Source: Chiloscyllium plagiosum (Eukaryota). Taken from it: a DNA stretch of 64,000 nt. Within the stretch, counting starts at the first letter, position 1. The number at the start of each line of letters is the position of its first letter. Shown one piece after another: positions 37,855-50,794 of the stretch. Location of the stretch: assembly GCF_004010195.1 (NCBI RefSeq), contig NC_057717.1, positions 104,002,282-104,066,281 of the forward strand, given 5' to 3'. The notes under the pieces were generated by a model that was not told where the DNA came from, did not search any database, and saw only the letters and a program-made list of their open reading frames with translations. Both the position numbers and the translations under genes were made by a program.

Positions 37855-38176
37855 ACTCGTGCAATAAAACATTCCGGCTGATGCTGATCGCAGGATTCCT
37901 AGCCAATAAATGCACTGCTGTTTGCAGGTTGCTCATTTAACAGGAATTGACTCTGTGTATGGTAAAAATAACCGGGAGACAAACGGCCCACAATAAGCGC
38001 GCAGGACTCACAACCGGTTTGACCCAAGCGAACAATCTCAGGAATTTGACAGAACGCATTTCAAAATGATTTGAATGCATTACAAAACGACTTACTGAAA
38101 ATCCCCATTCAAATGCAGCGTTGCAGTAAACATTGTCAATCAAGCCTCGGGACACATCCCCAAAGCATTTGGCCAC
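37855..38176 (-). pseudogene. GREB1-like: GREB1-like block 4
   Basis: RGLIDNVYCNAAFEWGFSVSRFVMHSNHFEMR vs [28 protein letters not shown]. After a stop: LLARNPAISISRNVLL vs YLVRNAQGTLTKGPLI. Confidence 0.7.
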
Positions 38177-38384
38177 AGCTTGAACAAGATTATTTAACTC
38201 TTCACAGCCAGTCGGGAAGGAACACAGACGAGGAGGCCATTCAGCCCCTCAAGCCTGCTGCACCATTCAATTTGATCACGGTATGAGTGGTAACCCTACG
38301 CTCTATGGAATGCAGTCGTTCAAGAAGGCAGGTCAATAAAGGCTTCTCAAGGGCAGCTCGGGGTGGGCAATAGGTATGCAGGGG

Positions 38385-39075
38385 CACCTGGGTGTGCAGG
38401 TCCACAGATCACTGAAGGTGGCAGCGCAGGTAGATAAGGGAGTAAACAAGGCCTGTGGCCTGCTTGCCTTCATTGGAAGGGACATTGAGTATAAGGACAG
38501 GCAAGTTATGCTGTAGCTTTATAGAACCTTAGTTAGGCCACACCTGGAATACTGCATATGGTTCTGGTCACCACACTACCAGAAGGATGTGGAGGCTTTG
38601 GAGTGGATACAGAAAAGGTTTACCAGGATGTTTTGTGAGGGATTTTAGCTCTGAAGAAAGGTTGGATAGACTGGGTTTGCTTTCACTGGAACGCAGGAGG
38701 TTGAGGGGTGACCTGATAGATGGTTATAAGATTGTGAATGGTATGGACAGAGTGGGACGTATGAGGCTTTTTCCCAGGGTGGAAGGGTCAATCACTAGTA
38801 GGCTCAAGGTGTGGGGGGCTGTTTAAAAGAGATGTGCGAGGCAGGTTTTTCACACAAAGGGGGGTGAGTGCCTGGAACACACTGCCAGAGGAGGTGGTGG
38901 AAGCAGATACAACAGCAGCTTTCAAGAGGCACCTGGACAGATACATGAATAGGAAGGGGATAGAGGGATACGGATCCTGGAAGCAAAGACAGTTTTAGCA
39001 TGGAAGGGTAAAATGTGTCAGTGCAGGCTTGGAGGGGCAAAGGGCCTGTTCCTGTGCTGGATTGTTCTTTGTTCA
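38385..39075 (+). mobile_element. CR1 LINE 3' fragment
   Basis: ERLDRLGLLSLERRRLRGDLI. Confidence 0.85.
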
Positions 39076-39617
39076 TAAATGCTGGTCCAACCAGCAAAAT
39101 CCATGAATTTAGAAAAAAGATCTACTTTTGCTTTATAACTCTGATGTTATTCATATAAAAATGTATGATTTCTAATTATATCAGTGCAGCAATGACCTGA
39201 TTAATCACAGCCAACTTTTCTGGTTTGAATTTAATCTGTTCACTCAAGACTGATAGCTCAATACCTGCTGCATCCTCTTACTAATCACTGTCCAACCAAT
39301 CACTACCCTCTTTTCAATATTGTTGTTCCCTTTCAAAAGTTGTTTTCTTGTAGTTAATCCTGATGAAGACAAGATAAAAAATTCTCTTTATATCAGAGAT
39401 GTGTAGGTTCCATGTGCAAAGTCAGAAGTCACATGACACCGGGTTATAGTCCAACAGGTTTATTTGAAATCACAAGCTTTCACAGCGCTGCTCTTTCGTC
39501 AGGTCACGTTAGAACTGGAGAGTTCTGAGAAAGAGTCACTGGACCTGAAACATTAACTCTGATTTCTCACCACTAGTGAAAATAGTTTCTCCAAATTCAC
39601 TCTGTCAACTGGGAGCA

Positions 39618-39942
39618 TGGGCAGCACGGTGGCTCAGTGGTTAGCACTGCTGCCTCACAGCTCCAGGGTCCTGGGTTCGATTCCAGCCTCAGGCAACTGT
39701 CTGTGTGGAATTTGCACATTGTCCCAGTGTCTGTGTAGGTTTCCTCTGGCTGCTCCAGTTTCCTCCCACAGTCCAAAAGATGTGCAGCTTAGGGTGAACT
39801 GACCTTGCTAAGTTGCCTATAGTGTTCAGGGATGTGTAGTCAGGGGTAAATGTAGTGAATAGGTTTGGGTAGGTTATCTTTGGAGGGTCAGTGTGGACTT
39901 GTTGGGCCGAAAGGCCTATTTCCACACTGTAGGCAATCTATG
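39618..39942 (+). mobile_element. HE1-type SINE
   Basis: Head, V-domain and tail. Confidence 0.9.
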
Positions 39943-40024
39943 AAATCCTTTTGCCTGCATAAAGTACTTCAGTCAGATCACTTCCTAACCTTCTACGAAA
40001 GCAATCCAGGACTATATCTCATGT

Positions 40025-40822
40025 TGTCCCATTGGTTTGGAGCGCTGACGTTGTAAACAGCTTGTCTAATGCAAACCATGCAGATCAGGACCTGGAGCCA
40101 AGCCCTATTTCTTGTTCTCAGTCCTTGATGCAAATCCAGCCTCTGGTAACCTTGCTTCTGAACCACGGTAGGGTTGAGAGGAATGGTCAGGAAACATCAG
40201 GAGCCTTTTACATTGCTATGTTCAGGCATGGCTGTGTATTCTTACACTCAGGAGTATTCCTTAGGTACTATAAACTGACGGGCTTTGTCAGGTACATACA
40301 TAGGTTAGAAGCAGTGGGATGAAATGGCCTTTTATTTTGTTGCTTTATTCACTCACTGGTCAACAATAATAGGACAAGCCAAACAGGGGACAGCTAGAGA
40401 ATTTCTCGAAGCATGGCACTTACTCACAGGCTCCATCAACAAGCACATAGACCTAGGCCCAATAAAACGGCCACTGCAACAAACTACCGGAAACCGGAAG
40501 CAGCCGGAATGAAACCAAATCAATTCCTCCCAACGCAGTACAGCAGCGCATCAGAGGAACCTCCATAGCATTGAGAATGACACCTAGACAGGGGGACAAC
40601 ATGTCTGCAAATCAACTCCCCAGCTCGGCAAACAGTCCCATGACAACTACAACCGGACCCAAGCTGCAGGGCTTTACACAAACCTTGATTCTTAGCCTCC
40701 CTCAGGAAATACAAGTGAAAATTGCCCCTGGAAATTTGGCCACTAAATGGCCTTACTCCTGGGTACTTGACAGCTACATTGTCAACCACATTCTTGCACC
40801 CCAGTCCTCTCCTTCCAATCAT
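40025..40822 (-). pseudogene. GREB1-like: GREB1-like blocks 2-3, split by a Penelope-like insertion
   Basis: FSGQISRGNFHLYFLRE vs FCQAGKDLRLVSISNE; FIVPKEYS*V..TAMPEH vs MDVPAGFLLV..PSLPDH; WFALDKLF..NG vs CAVDKRFLPDDNG. Contains stops. Confidence 0.55.
40355..40670 (+). mobile_element. Penelope-like element 3' end
   Basis: IIGQAKQGTAREFLEAWH..SINKHIDL (GIY-YIG C-terminus). Confidence 0.75.
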
Positions 40823-40978
40823 CGCTGCTACTATCCCTTACCACTGCCCTTTCCCCATGGCTTCGTCTCCCCTCTCCACAATACGATGACCTCTCTCAGA
40901 TATCAATGACTGCTCCCCCCCGAAGCACACACTCACCCAGTGAATCTCAACCTACTCACATCTCAATCCACCACCCAC

Positions 40979-41233
40979 CTACCCCTCCTCTGACGATAAT
41001 TGATATTTGTCACTCTCATAATAACTAATCCATGGCCCATCGACTCCATCCAAGACTGAGTTTCCATTCTCTAGAAGAACATTAGCAAATATTTGAGGTC
41101 TTCCTGCTGAGGGAAATGGGGATGCATTCATTGGATGGAGAGTCACCAGATATAATTGAATTTCATGTAATCGTTTCTGGAAAAGCAGGTTTGATGATGC
41201 AGCTCCCGATGGTGACCTCACTTGGCCGTTGTA
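40979..41233 (-). pseudogene. GREB1-like: GREB1-like block 1 (N-terminus)
   Basis: YNGQVRS...FQKRLHE...RPQIFANVLLE vs GREB1 YAGQLKT..FEEVLHN...[11 protein letters not shown]. A TGA lies immediately upstream of the Tyr and no intact start Met is seen. Confidence 0.75.
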
Positions 41234-44029
41234 TCAGTGAAGGTGATGGCACAAGTTCAAAATGATTTGGTCAGAAACTCTCACCTTTTGGTGAAGTTAT
41301 AACCTAATTGTTTTCGATTTGTCCAGCTCACAGGATAAGGTAGAGTCATCATAGTCCCGCTCACTCATTGGAGAGAGACAACAGTGTTGATCACAGCTCA
41401 AGCGTGGGGAGGGGTTGAGAAGGAGAGACTGTCATGGTATCTCAGTCAGTATTGTAATTGAACCCTGTTTAATCTGCCCGAAACCTGTTGGTCTTCCTGA
41501 GCAAGGAGCTGACCCTGACTGGGTGTTGCAGACTGGCACATCGCAAGGCCCAGGACTACGTGCTAAGAGACGCACTGAAGCTTGGGGCAGCTGCTGCCAA
41601 GGCGTGGTGGGGAAAGACCACTGTCTGAGGTCTTCCTGCTGAAGGGAAATGGGGATCCAGTCACCCTCCCGGTGTCTTGATATAATTGTGTACAAGTAAG
41701 AAATGCCTTGGGTTAATTTGCTGGATAGAGTCAAACACCAATTTTAAAAAAAAAACCCAAATGAACCGCAGATGGCCTAAATCAGAAACTAAAACAGAAA
41801 TTGCTGGAAAAGCTCAGTAGGTGTGGCAGCATCTGTGGAGAGAAATCAGATTGACGCTTCAGCTCCCCAATTCTGAGGAAGGCTCATTCAACCCGGAACG
41901 TTAACTCTGACTTCTCTCCACAAATGCTGCCAGACTTGCTGAGCTTTTCCAGCAACTTCTATTTTTGTTTCCAATGTTTGTTTGTTTGCTTTATATACTC
42001 CTGGACAGAACCGAACTTCTTTGGTGACGTTCTATGGGTATATTTTTCTGATGAATAAAGTATATTTTTGAAATAAATAAAGCAATTGAATCCACACGCT
42101 TGGTATCACTCTGCATTGCAAAGCAAGTGTGAAGCTAACTGACCCATTCCCATAAATAACAAGCAGTGCTATAATATTCATTCACAAACCAACATGGAGC
42201 TAATGATAAATGTAATAGCAGTAATAAAGTTGTTGGTTAACATTGCAGTGTGATCAAAGAGGTCATGTTGGCTATGATATTGCTCTGGATTCCTAATTCG
42301 TACATGTGTCTTTTCCAAAACACATTAATAATTCTGTGAAATTGCCTGTGAATGTGGGATTTACCGAAATTATGATCTCCCTTCTGTGCAGAAGAAGTCA
42401 TTCTTGGAATTGCATTTTATTTTGTTACGAACTGGAGCTTGGACATCTCAACAATGAATAGATTTGTAAACTTCATATAGGTGTCCTGAAGTGTTCATGT
42501 GGCTTCTCAGCCTCCCGGACAAGTGACATGCTGTTCTGGTGATACACACAATGAGGATTGTAACATGAAGCTTCCCCACATCTGCTGGGTCAAAAAAAAA
42601 CAATTGATGATCCACATTTAGAAATTTCCATTCGGTGTTTTCAATGAGCACAGGCTGACTCACACATAAGCATGTTAGCAAGGGGCTAGAAGCCAGAGAG
42701 AGGTGATGTGGGAGACCGGAAGAGGGAACTGTCTATGATACTGAGCTCCTTGTTTTCTGAAGGTAACTCTTCGCTCGGGTACAGTTCTAAAAACAGGAAC
42801 CTTCTCCCTGTGCAATGCCATCAGAGTGTTGCACTAAACGTACCACACTAAAACCAAAGACTCCCTCTTCCTCCTCAGGTAGAAGATCCCACAGGATTAC
42901 ACTGAAGTAGAGCAAGGTACTCTCCTGAGTGTCTTGGCCAATACTTAAACCTCAAACAACACTAATTGGAACAGATTATCTGATCATTATCACAGTGCTA
43001 TATTTGTGGGATCTTCCTATGTATTTCCTGCATTACAATTTTGCTGGATGTCTCTGTACTCAGAGAGTGGTAAGGGCGTGGAGTGCCCTGCCTGCCAATG
43101 TAGTTAACTCTGCCACATTAGGGAGATTTAAACCATCCTTAGATAAGCACATGGATGATGATGGGATAGTGTAGGGGCCGAGCTGAGAATAGTTCACAGG
43201 TCAGCGCAACATCGAGGGCCGAAGGGCCTGTTCTGTGCTGTATTGTTCTATGTTCTATATTCTCTATGTGGAGTTTTGTCCATTAGCATCCCTTGAGGAG
43301 TGACCTGGCATATCAAAGGTGCTAAATAAACTTTGGGGGTGTTGTTGTTGTCAGAAGAAACTTTACAATCAGAATGTGCTGTGAGGAAAAACTGACACAG
43401 CTCGTGCTATTAACTTGAGACATAGACATCAGGCTTAAACAAGTCAAAGTTTTATGTCTGGCAATCGTCAGGATGAGGAAGCAAGAGGCAGACTTGAAAA
43501 CAAGGGACACCAATTTCTAAAGGATGAGGAGTTGGTGCTGATTGATGAAGCCATCATTAGTGTACCGAGTACACGGGATCTTTTTTCATGTGTACACGAG
43601 GAAATTGTTCCAGTCTTGTATTTTTACAGGAAACTGTCAATCTCAAATGCATTCCCATGGCAACACCTTGACCAATCAGAGTCTACTTTCCTGGTTTGAG
43701 AACTAAGATTGACAGTTGACAGTTCCCACTCTATCTCCATTCCAGCGACAGCCCAACCTATCGACACTCTCTCCTTCTGCTGTCTAAATTGGTGTTCCTC
43801 ATCTCATACCGGGTTCTTGTGTTCATGACCTTAGAGGGCCAAGACTAAAAGCTACAACCTGTTGTTCCCTTTTAGCAATGTTTATGTTCTCTCAGGCTGT
43901 CATCAATAGAAGTTATTTAAACATGGAGCATTGAGGAGATTAAGCGGAAGAATTATTCAAACTAAACCATATAAGTTTGGAGAAATGCATTATCAAGAGT
44001 AATTTCTTCAATCAAGGACATCGGTTAGA

Positions 44030-44820
44030 CCACTTTTAGAATACTGTGTTCAATCCCACTCTGGCAACGCTTTTCTACAACCTCTACCATTGGGGAGAAA
44101 TTACAGAAACCTGAACACACGGACCAGGCCGGTTTCGAAACAGTTTCTACCCTACTGTTGTTAGGATACTGAATGGACTCACAAACTCTGAACATTCGCC
44201 TGTACCTGTGTTTTTGTTTTTGCCGCTGTTTACCTATTATTTACTATCTTTGCCACTTAACTCTGTGATCTGCCTGTATTGCTCACAAGACAAAGCTTTT
44301 CACTGTGTCTCAGTAGACATGACAATAAATTCAATTCGATTCAATTCCGGTCTCCCTTCTATCGGAAGGATGTTATGAAACTTGAAAGGGTTCAGAAAAT
44401 ATTTACAAGGATGTTGCTACGGGTTGCAGGTGTCAGAAACTGAGGGCTGACTGTATAGAGGTTTATAAAATTATGAGGGGCATAGATGGGGTAAATAGAC
44501 AAGGTCTTTTCCATGAGGTGGAGGAGTCCAGAACTAGAAGGCACAGGTTTAAGGTGAGAAGGGAAAGATTTAAAAGGGACCTAATGGGCAACCTTTTCAC
44601 ACAGAGGGTGGTACGTGTATGGACTGAGCTACCAGTGGAAGTGGTGGAGGCTGGTGGAAGTGGTGGAGGCTGGTACAATTATTTTTAAAAGGCATCTGGA
44701 TGGGTATATTAAAAGAATAGTTTTGGGGGATACGGGCCAAATGCTGGCAAATGGGACTAGATTAATTTAGGATATCTGGTCAGTGTAGATGAGTTGGACT
44801 GAAGGATCTGTTTCTGTGAC
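44030..44820 (+). mobile_element. CR1 LINE fragment with nested LINE 3' end (~44060-44346, (aattc)n tail)
   Basis: The CR1 tgtgttcaat..ggtctcc motif is split by the insert. Confidence 0.75.
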
Positions 44821-45465
44821 ACAAAGATTGCTTGACATGTGGAGAGAGAAATAATAGTTAATATTTCAAGTCCGCCATGATTCTTAATGGGAACTGGAGC
44901 CAGTTCTGAAGAAGAGTCTGTCGCCATTGAATCACAGAAGGCTACAATACTGGAAAAGGCCATTCAGCCCATCAGAACAACCACCTCACTATTCCAATCA
45001 CATTTCCCAGCACTTGATCTAATAGCCTTGGCATCACAAATGCACATCTAAATGTGATGACAGTTTCTGCCTGTACCATCCTTACAGTCGGTGAGTCCCA
45101 GATTCCCACCAATGTTTCTCATATCTCCACTAACCGTCCTGCCCCTTCCCTTCAGTTATTGCCTCAATCATTAATCCCTCCACCTCAGGGAAAAGATTTT
45201 TCCTGTCTAGCGTGTTTATGCCCCTCATAATTTTTTACATCTCAATCATATCCCCCCTCAGTCTTCTCCGCTCTAAGGAGAGCAATCCCAGTCTGTCCAA
45301 TCTCTCTTCATAAGTTAAAAATCTCCAACCCTGACAATATTCTGGAAAATCACCCTCTGCATCCTCTTTAATACTTCCATGTCTCTCCTGTGATGTAGAG
45401 TTCAGAACTGCGCACATTCCTCCAGCTGTAGCTTAACCAATGTTTTACATAGCTCCACCGTAAGG

Positions 45466-45762
45466 GTGGTATGGTGGCTCAGTGGTTAGCACTGTTGCCT
45501 CACAGTGCCAAGGACCTTGGTTCGATTCCACCCTTGGGTGACTGTCTGTGTGGAGCTTGCATGTTCTCCCTGTATCTGTGCATTGGTTTCCTCCCACAAT
45601 CCAAAGATGTGCAGGTTAGGGTGGATTGGCCAAGCTAAATTGCCCATAGTGTTCAGGGATGTGTAGGTCAGATGAATGTAGGGTATGGGTGGGTTACTGT
45701 CCAGAGGGTCGGTGTGGACTTGTTGGGCCAAAGGGCTTGCTTCCACACTGTAGGGATTCTAT
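45466..45762 (+). mobile_element. HE1-type SINE within a minus-strand CR1 fragment
   Basis: Head, V-domain and tail. Confidence 0.85.
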
Positions 45763-47257
45763 GGATACCCTCCCTGTTCTTAAATTCTGTGCTTCAGCTA
45801 ATAAAGGCATGAATCCTATCCCCTCTTCAACATTGTATCTATCCTACTCAACTCAAAACACTAACTCTGTTTCTCTCTCCAGAGATGTGACCTGAGCTTC
45901 TCCAGCATATTCTGTTTGTATTTGCAGTATTTTAATTCTCTATGAGCTCCCCCTTTGGTTCCAGGGTTGGGGGAGGGGGAAGGAGTTTGGAAATAGCAGA
46001 AAGATCACCTGCCTGCTGCACGGACAGTCCTGTCTGCAGTTTCCCCCCTTCCAAGTTCAGACAGTTGCCACCTGCAGCCATTTCATAGAAGTCGTCCAGG
46101 AGACGGAGAGAATCCTCTTGACAAGGGATTATTGCCTGGAATGTGACGTTGGGAAGAGGCTTGCACAGGAGAATTGAAGGATGGGGAAGGTTTGCAGGGC
46201 TGTGAGGAAAGGGCAACGGCTGCTCGCTTCATTCTTTCAATGAATGTATTGGCACGATGGGTCAAATGGCCCCCTGGTGAGGTCACTCTTATTCATTGCA
46301 GGGTGTGGTGTGATGGAGATGGCGTTACCTGTCACCTCAATGACTATCATGTGACCCAAAGGTCACCCTTCCCAGTCTTTAGTGACGTTGGTTCAGGAGT
46401 AAGTACTGTCAGGGGCCAATGCAGAAAATCTCTTCATTCTCTTCTAGGATTCTCCATGGGCTCTTTAACGTTCATCAAAGGTGGCAGAGGAGTCCCTGGT
46501 TTTACTGATACAACCACAGGCTGCCCTTGATAGTGTGGTACTCCCTCAGTGCCTCACCATAGACCATCCACTTGGGTCTCAGCTGTGGGACTGAGCATCA
46601 AACATTTCTCATTTAGTGAATGCAGTAGCCCCTCCAACAGGTTAGTGTTTCACAAGGACTGCAAGGAGAATGCAGGCAGAGAGGGTGCTATCAAAAACAT
46701 CACGCTCACAGCTAAATTGCACGCAGTCTGGAACAAAAGAACTGGCTGGAGATTTCCAACACACAGTCTGACTCCTGATTTCTCTCTCGCTCTCGGTCAC
46801 AAACATGGTGTGACCATGAAGAATGTCACTGGCTTGGAAACTAACAGAAGGCACAAAATCTACACAAATCTCATCAGTCAGTCAAATGAAAATGAATCAT
46901 CTTTACAGTCATGTACATAATAAACAATATTACAGTGGACCAAACACTGAGCATTACATCAAAATGCTCTGAGGACAGATCAAACTCGTGTTGCTTTATA
47001 AGGCGAAGATTAAATTGACCTCTACGTGAAAGATTCACTGATTTATCTAATCGCCCTCTGCCAATGGGAAATAATTGTCTTTTTGTCAGTCTCCTGGTTA
47101 TAGATGCATCAATCTGTTAGACTGCTGGCCTGTTTCATTGCCATTAAGAGGGTTTTACAGTGTGAAAACTTTCCAATTATGAAAGAGCAAAGCGATTTTC
47201 AAAAATGATTGCGTTCCACACGGGAGGCTGCAGTTATAACTCAATCCCAATATATAA

Positions 47258-48430
47258 ACTGGAGGCTGGTTAAAGTGGTGCCACTATTTAAGAAAGGAGG
47301 TAAGGAAAAGATAGGGAACTATAGACCGGTGAGCCTGACCTCGGTGGTGGGCAAGTTGTTGCAGGGAATCCTGAGGGATAGGATGTACATGTATTTGGAA
47401 AGGCAAGGACTGATTAGGGATAGTCAACATGGCTTTGTGCGTGGGAAATCATGTCTCACAAATTTGATTGAGTTTTTTGAAGAAGTAACAAAGAGGATTG
47501 ATGAGGGCAGAGCGGTAAATGTGATCTATATGGTCTTCAGTAAGGTGTTCGACAAGGTTCCCCATGGGAGACTGATTAGCAAGGTTAGATCTCNNNNNNN
47601 NNNNNNNNNNNNNNNNNNNNNNNNNNNNNNNNNNNNNNNNNNNNNNNNNNNNNNNNNNNNNNNNNNNNNNNNNNNNNNNNNNNNNNNNNNNNNNNNNNNN
47701 NNNNNNNNNNNNNNNNNNNNNNNNNNNNNNNNNNNNNNNNNNNNNNNNNNNNNNNNNNNNNNNNNNNNNNNNNNNNNNNNNNNNNNNNNNNNNNNNNNNN
47801 NNNNNNNNNNNNNNNNNNNNNNNNNNNNNNNNNNNNNNNNNNNNNNNNNNNNNNNNNNNNNNNNNNNNNNNNNNNNNNNNNNNNNNNNNNNNNNNNNNNN
47901 NNNNNNNNNNNNNNNNNNNNNNNNNNNNNNNNNNNNNNNNNNNNNNNNNNNNNNNNNNNNNNNNNNNNNNNNNNNNNNNNNNNNNNNNNNNNNNNNNNNN
48001 NNNNNNNNNNNNNNNNNNNNNNNNNNNNNNNNNNNNNNNNNNNNNNNNNNNNNNNNNNNNNNNNNNNNNNNNNNNNNNNNNNNNNNNNNNNNNNNNNNNN
48101 NNNNNNNNNNNNNNNNNNNNNNNNNNNNNNNNNNNNNNNNNNNNNNNNNNNNNNNNNNNNNNNNNNNNNNNNNNNNNNNNNNNNNNNNNNNNNNNNNNNN
48201 NNNNNNNNNNNNNNNNNNNNNNNNNNTGGAATGAGCTGCCAGAGGATGTGGTGGAGGCTGGTACAATTGCAACATTTAAAAGGCATCTTGATGGGTATAT
48301 GAATAGGAAGGGTTTGGAGGGATATGGGCCAGATGCTGGCAAATGGGACTAGATTAATTTAAGTTATCTGGTTGGCATGGATGAGTTGAACTGAAGGGTC
48401 TGTCTCCATGCTGCAGAGCACGTTGACTCA
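47258..48430 (+). mobile_element. Young CR1 LINE, RT region to 3' end (gap)
   Basis: [47 protein letters not shown]. Confidence 0.9.
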
Positions 48431-49592
48431 ATGATGTGTAAATTCTGTCATAACATTGAAGAGGTTCTGATGATGAGTCAATTAGGACAGAACGATGAGA
48501 AAGAGGGGTGTGTGGAGCACACGGAACAGATGGTCCGAATGGCCTCTCAGTGCGGTATGCTCCAGGTAATTCTATGTAGCTCTTTGTAAATTAAAAAGAA
48601 GAAATCCTCAGACCTATTTGCTTCCGTCTTCCTAACCCTTGTGACTGTGTACTGATATCACGGTCGATTCTGACCCAAGGCATTTCGAAGGAGAGATGGT
48701 AATGAGAAAGTAGACCATTGGAAGACCATAAAGGATGATGGGAGACTGAGCTGGGAGTTAGTTATGGCACAGGTAACGGCTCTTTCAAAGTGTTGGTATG
48801 ACAACAAACGTGGAGGGCCGCGACATTATTAGTGAAGGCAACAATGCGTTCATTGTCCTCAGCTCTTGGCTACGTGCGGGGTGTAGGTAATAAAGTGGTT
48901 CTGCCAGTGTAAGGTGAGACAGGCATGTGACCATTATGGGGTTTGAGGGCTTGGGTAGATTTCCCTGTGATTAAAGTACAGAGGGAGCGCTCACTATCTG
49001 GAACTTGCTGCTTCATGAGGGTGGAGCTGCCAAAGGAGGATGAATGATTTCAAAAGGAAATAAACTGGGATGGGTGCCTGGGATCGGGCAGTGGTGGTGT
49101 GTATGGGGGTGGGAGGAATGGGACTTTCTGCATCGTGGAGTGGGGGGAGGAGGGAGGAATGACTGGCCTCCGCTGGTATTATAAATGCCTCCCATCTCAG
49201 ACCAGAAGTCACACGACACTGGGTTATAGTCCAACAGCTTTATCTGTAATCAGAAGGAGCACTGCACTTCATCAGGTGAAAGTTTGCGATTTCAAATGAA
49301 CCTGTTGGACTCTAACCTGGTGTCGTGTGACTTCTGACCTTGTCCACCCCAGTCCAACAGTGACACCTCCACCTGAGCTGGGAGAGAGCTTACAACGGGG
49401 AGGGCGATTGAAGAAAAGGACCTCTTACCCACCCCCCCGCCAAAAAAACATGCAGCAATGAAACCCAGACAATCAGGAGGTGGGACTCACTGCCTCACAC
49501 ACTCTATTCCAAAGCTAAACACCTTTCACAACCCGACAGTGTCGCCACACCCAGTGTAATCACTGCCAATCTGCACAACAAGCTGTCACAAA

Positions 49593-49842
49593 CAGCACGG
49601 TGGCACAGTGGTTAGCACTGCTGCCTCACAGTCCCAGGTTCGATTCCAGCCTCAGGTGACTGTGTGTGGAGTTTGCACATTTCCCCCCATGTTTCCGTGG
49701 GTTTCCGTCGGGTGCTCTGGTTTCCTTCCACAACCCAAAGGTGTGCAGGTCAGGGTGAATAATTGTCCATAGTGCTTAGGGATGCGTAGGTTGCGTATGT
49801 AATGTAGGGCCCTGGCAGTCTGTTTCCATACTGTAGGGATTT
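49593..49842 (+). mobile_element. HE1-type SINE (internally deleted)
   Basis: Head, V-domain and short tail. Confidence 0.8.
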
Positions 49843-50794
49843 CTCAGCAACCAGGCCCTGTACTTTGGTGAGACTCCCAGGAGATAGTGAGACCTCAGAT
49901 CTGGGCTGATGCTGCTCTGAAATGGATCCCAGGGGAAAACAACAAATCATAGTGAGTCAGGCAGCATCTGTGGGGAGAGAGAGCGCAAGCTCTCATTTCA
50001 GATCCCAGCATCCTCACAATACTCAGTCACACATCATTCTTGTGCAGTCACAGAGGTGAGACTGCATCCATGTGTGAATTAAAGTCCAAGACTGTACAGG
50101 TCTCGGGAGAACAGTCCCACCCTCTGGATCACAGTCAATGGCAGGGGCTATTTGACCCCTATGTGCTTCACAACTGTGCCTCACTGCCCTCCCCATCCCN
50201 NNNNNNNNNNNNNNNNNNNNNNNNNNNNNNNNNNNNNNNNNNNNNNNNNNNNNNNNNNNNNNNNNNNNNNNNNNNNNNNNNNNNNNNNNNNNNNNNNNNN
50301 NNNNNNNNNNNNNNNNNNNNNNNNNNNNNNNNNNNNNNNNNNNNNNNNNNNNNNNNNNNNNNNNNNNNNNNNNNNNNNNNNNNNNNNNNNNNNNNNNNNN
50401 NNNNNNNNNNNNNNNNNNNNNNNNNNNNNNNNNNNNNNNNNNNNNNNNNNNNNNNNNNNNNNNNNNNNNNNNNNNNNNNNNNNNNNNNNNNNNNNNNNNN
50501 NNNNNNNNNNNNNNNNNNNNNNNNNNNNNNNNNNNNNNNNNNNNNNNNNNNNNNNNNNNNNNNNNNNNNNNNNNNNNNNNNNNNNNNNNNNNNNNNNNNN
50601 NNNNNNNNNNNNNNNNNNNNNNNNNNNNNNNNNNNNNNNNNNNNNNNNNNNNNNNNNNNNNNNNNNNNNNNNNNNNNNNNNNNNNNNNNNNNNNNNNNNA
50701 GTGGCTCTACTCACTCGAGCTGGGAATCAAGTCAAACTGGAATCTTTGTTGATGTACGTGGTTGCAATATTTCAGTCCTGACTGCAATCTGAGA

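Larger units (their letters stand above)
1120..41233 (-). pseudogene. GREB1-like: Highly diverged, disrupted GREB1/GREB1L-family gene (whole locus)
   Basis: About 20 minus-strand peptide blocks match recalled human GREB1/GREB1L motifs collinearly from N- to C-terminus. In-frame stops, frameshifts and TE insertions lie between motifs that are adjacent in GREB1. Alignment was by eye. Confidence 0.8.

Noticed and set aside
1120..41233. Intact functional GREB1 or GREB1L orthologue
   Set aside because: Multiple stops, frameshifts, intra-exonic TEs and very low similarity argue against it.
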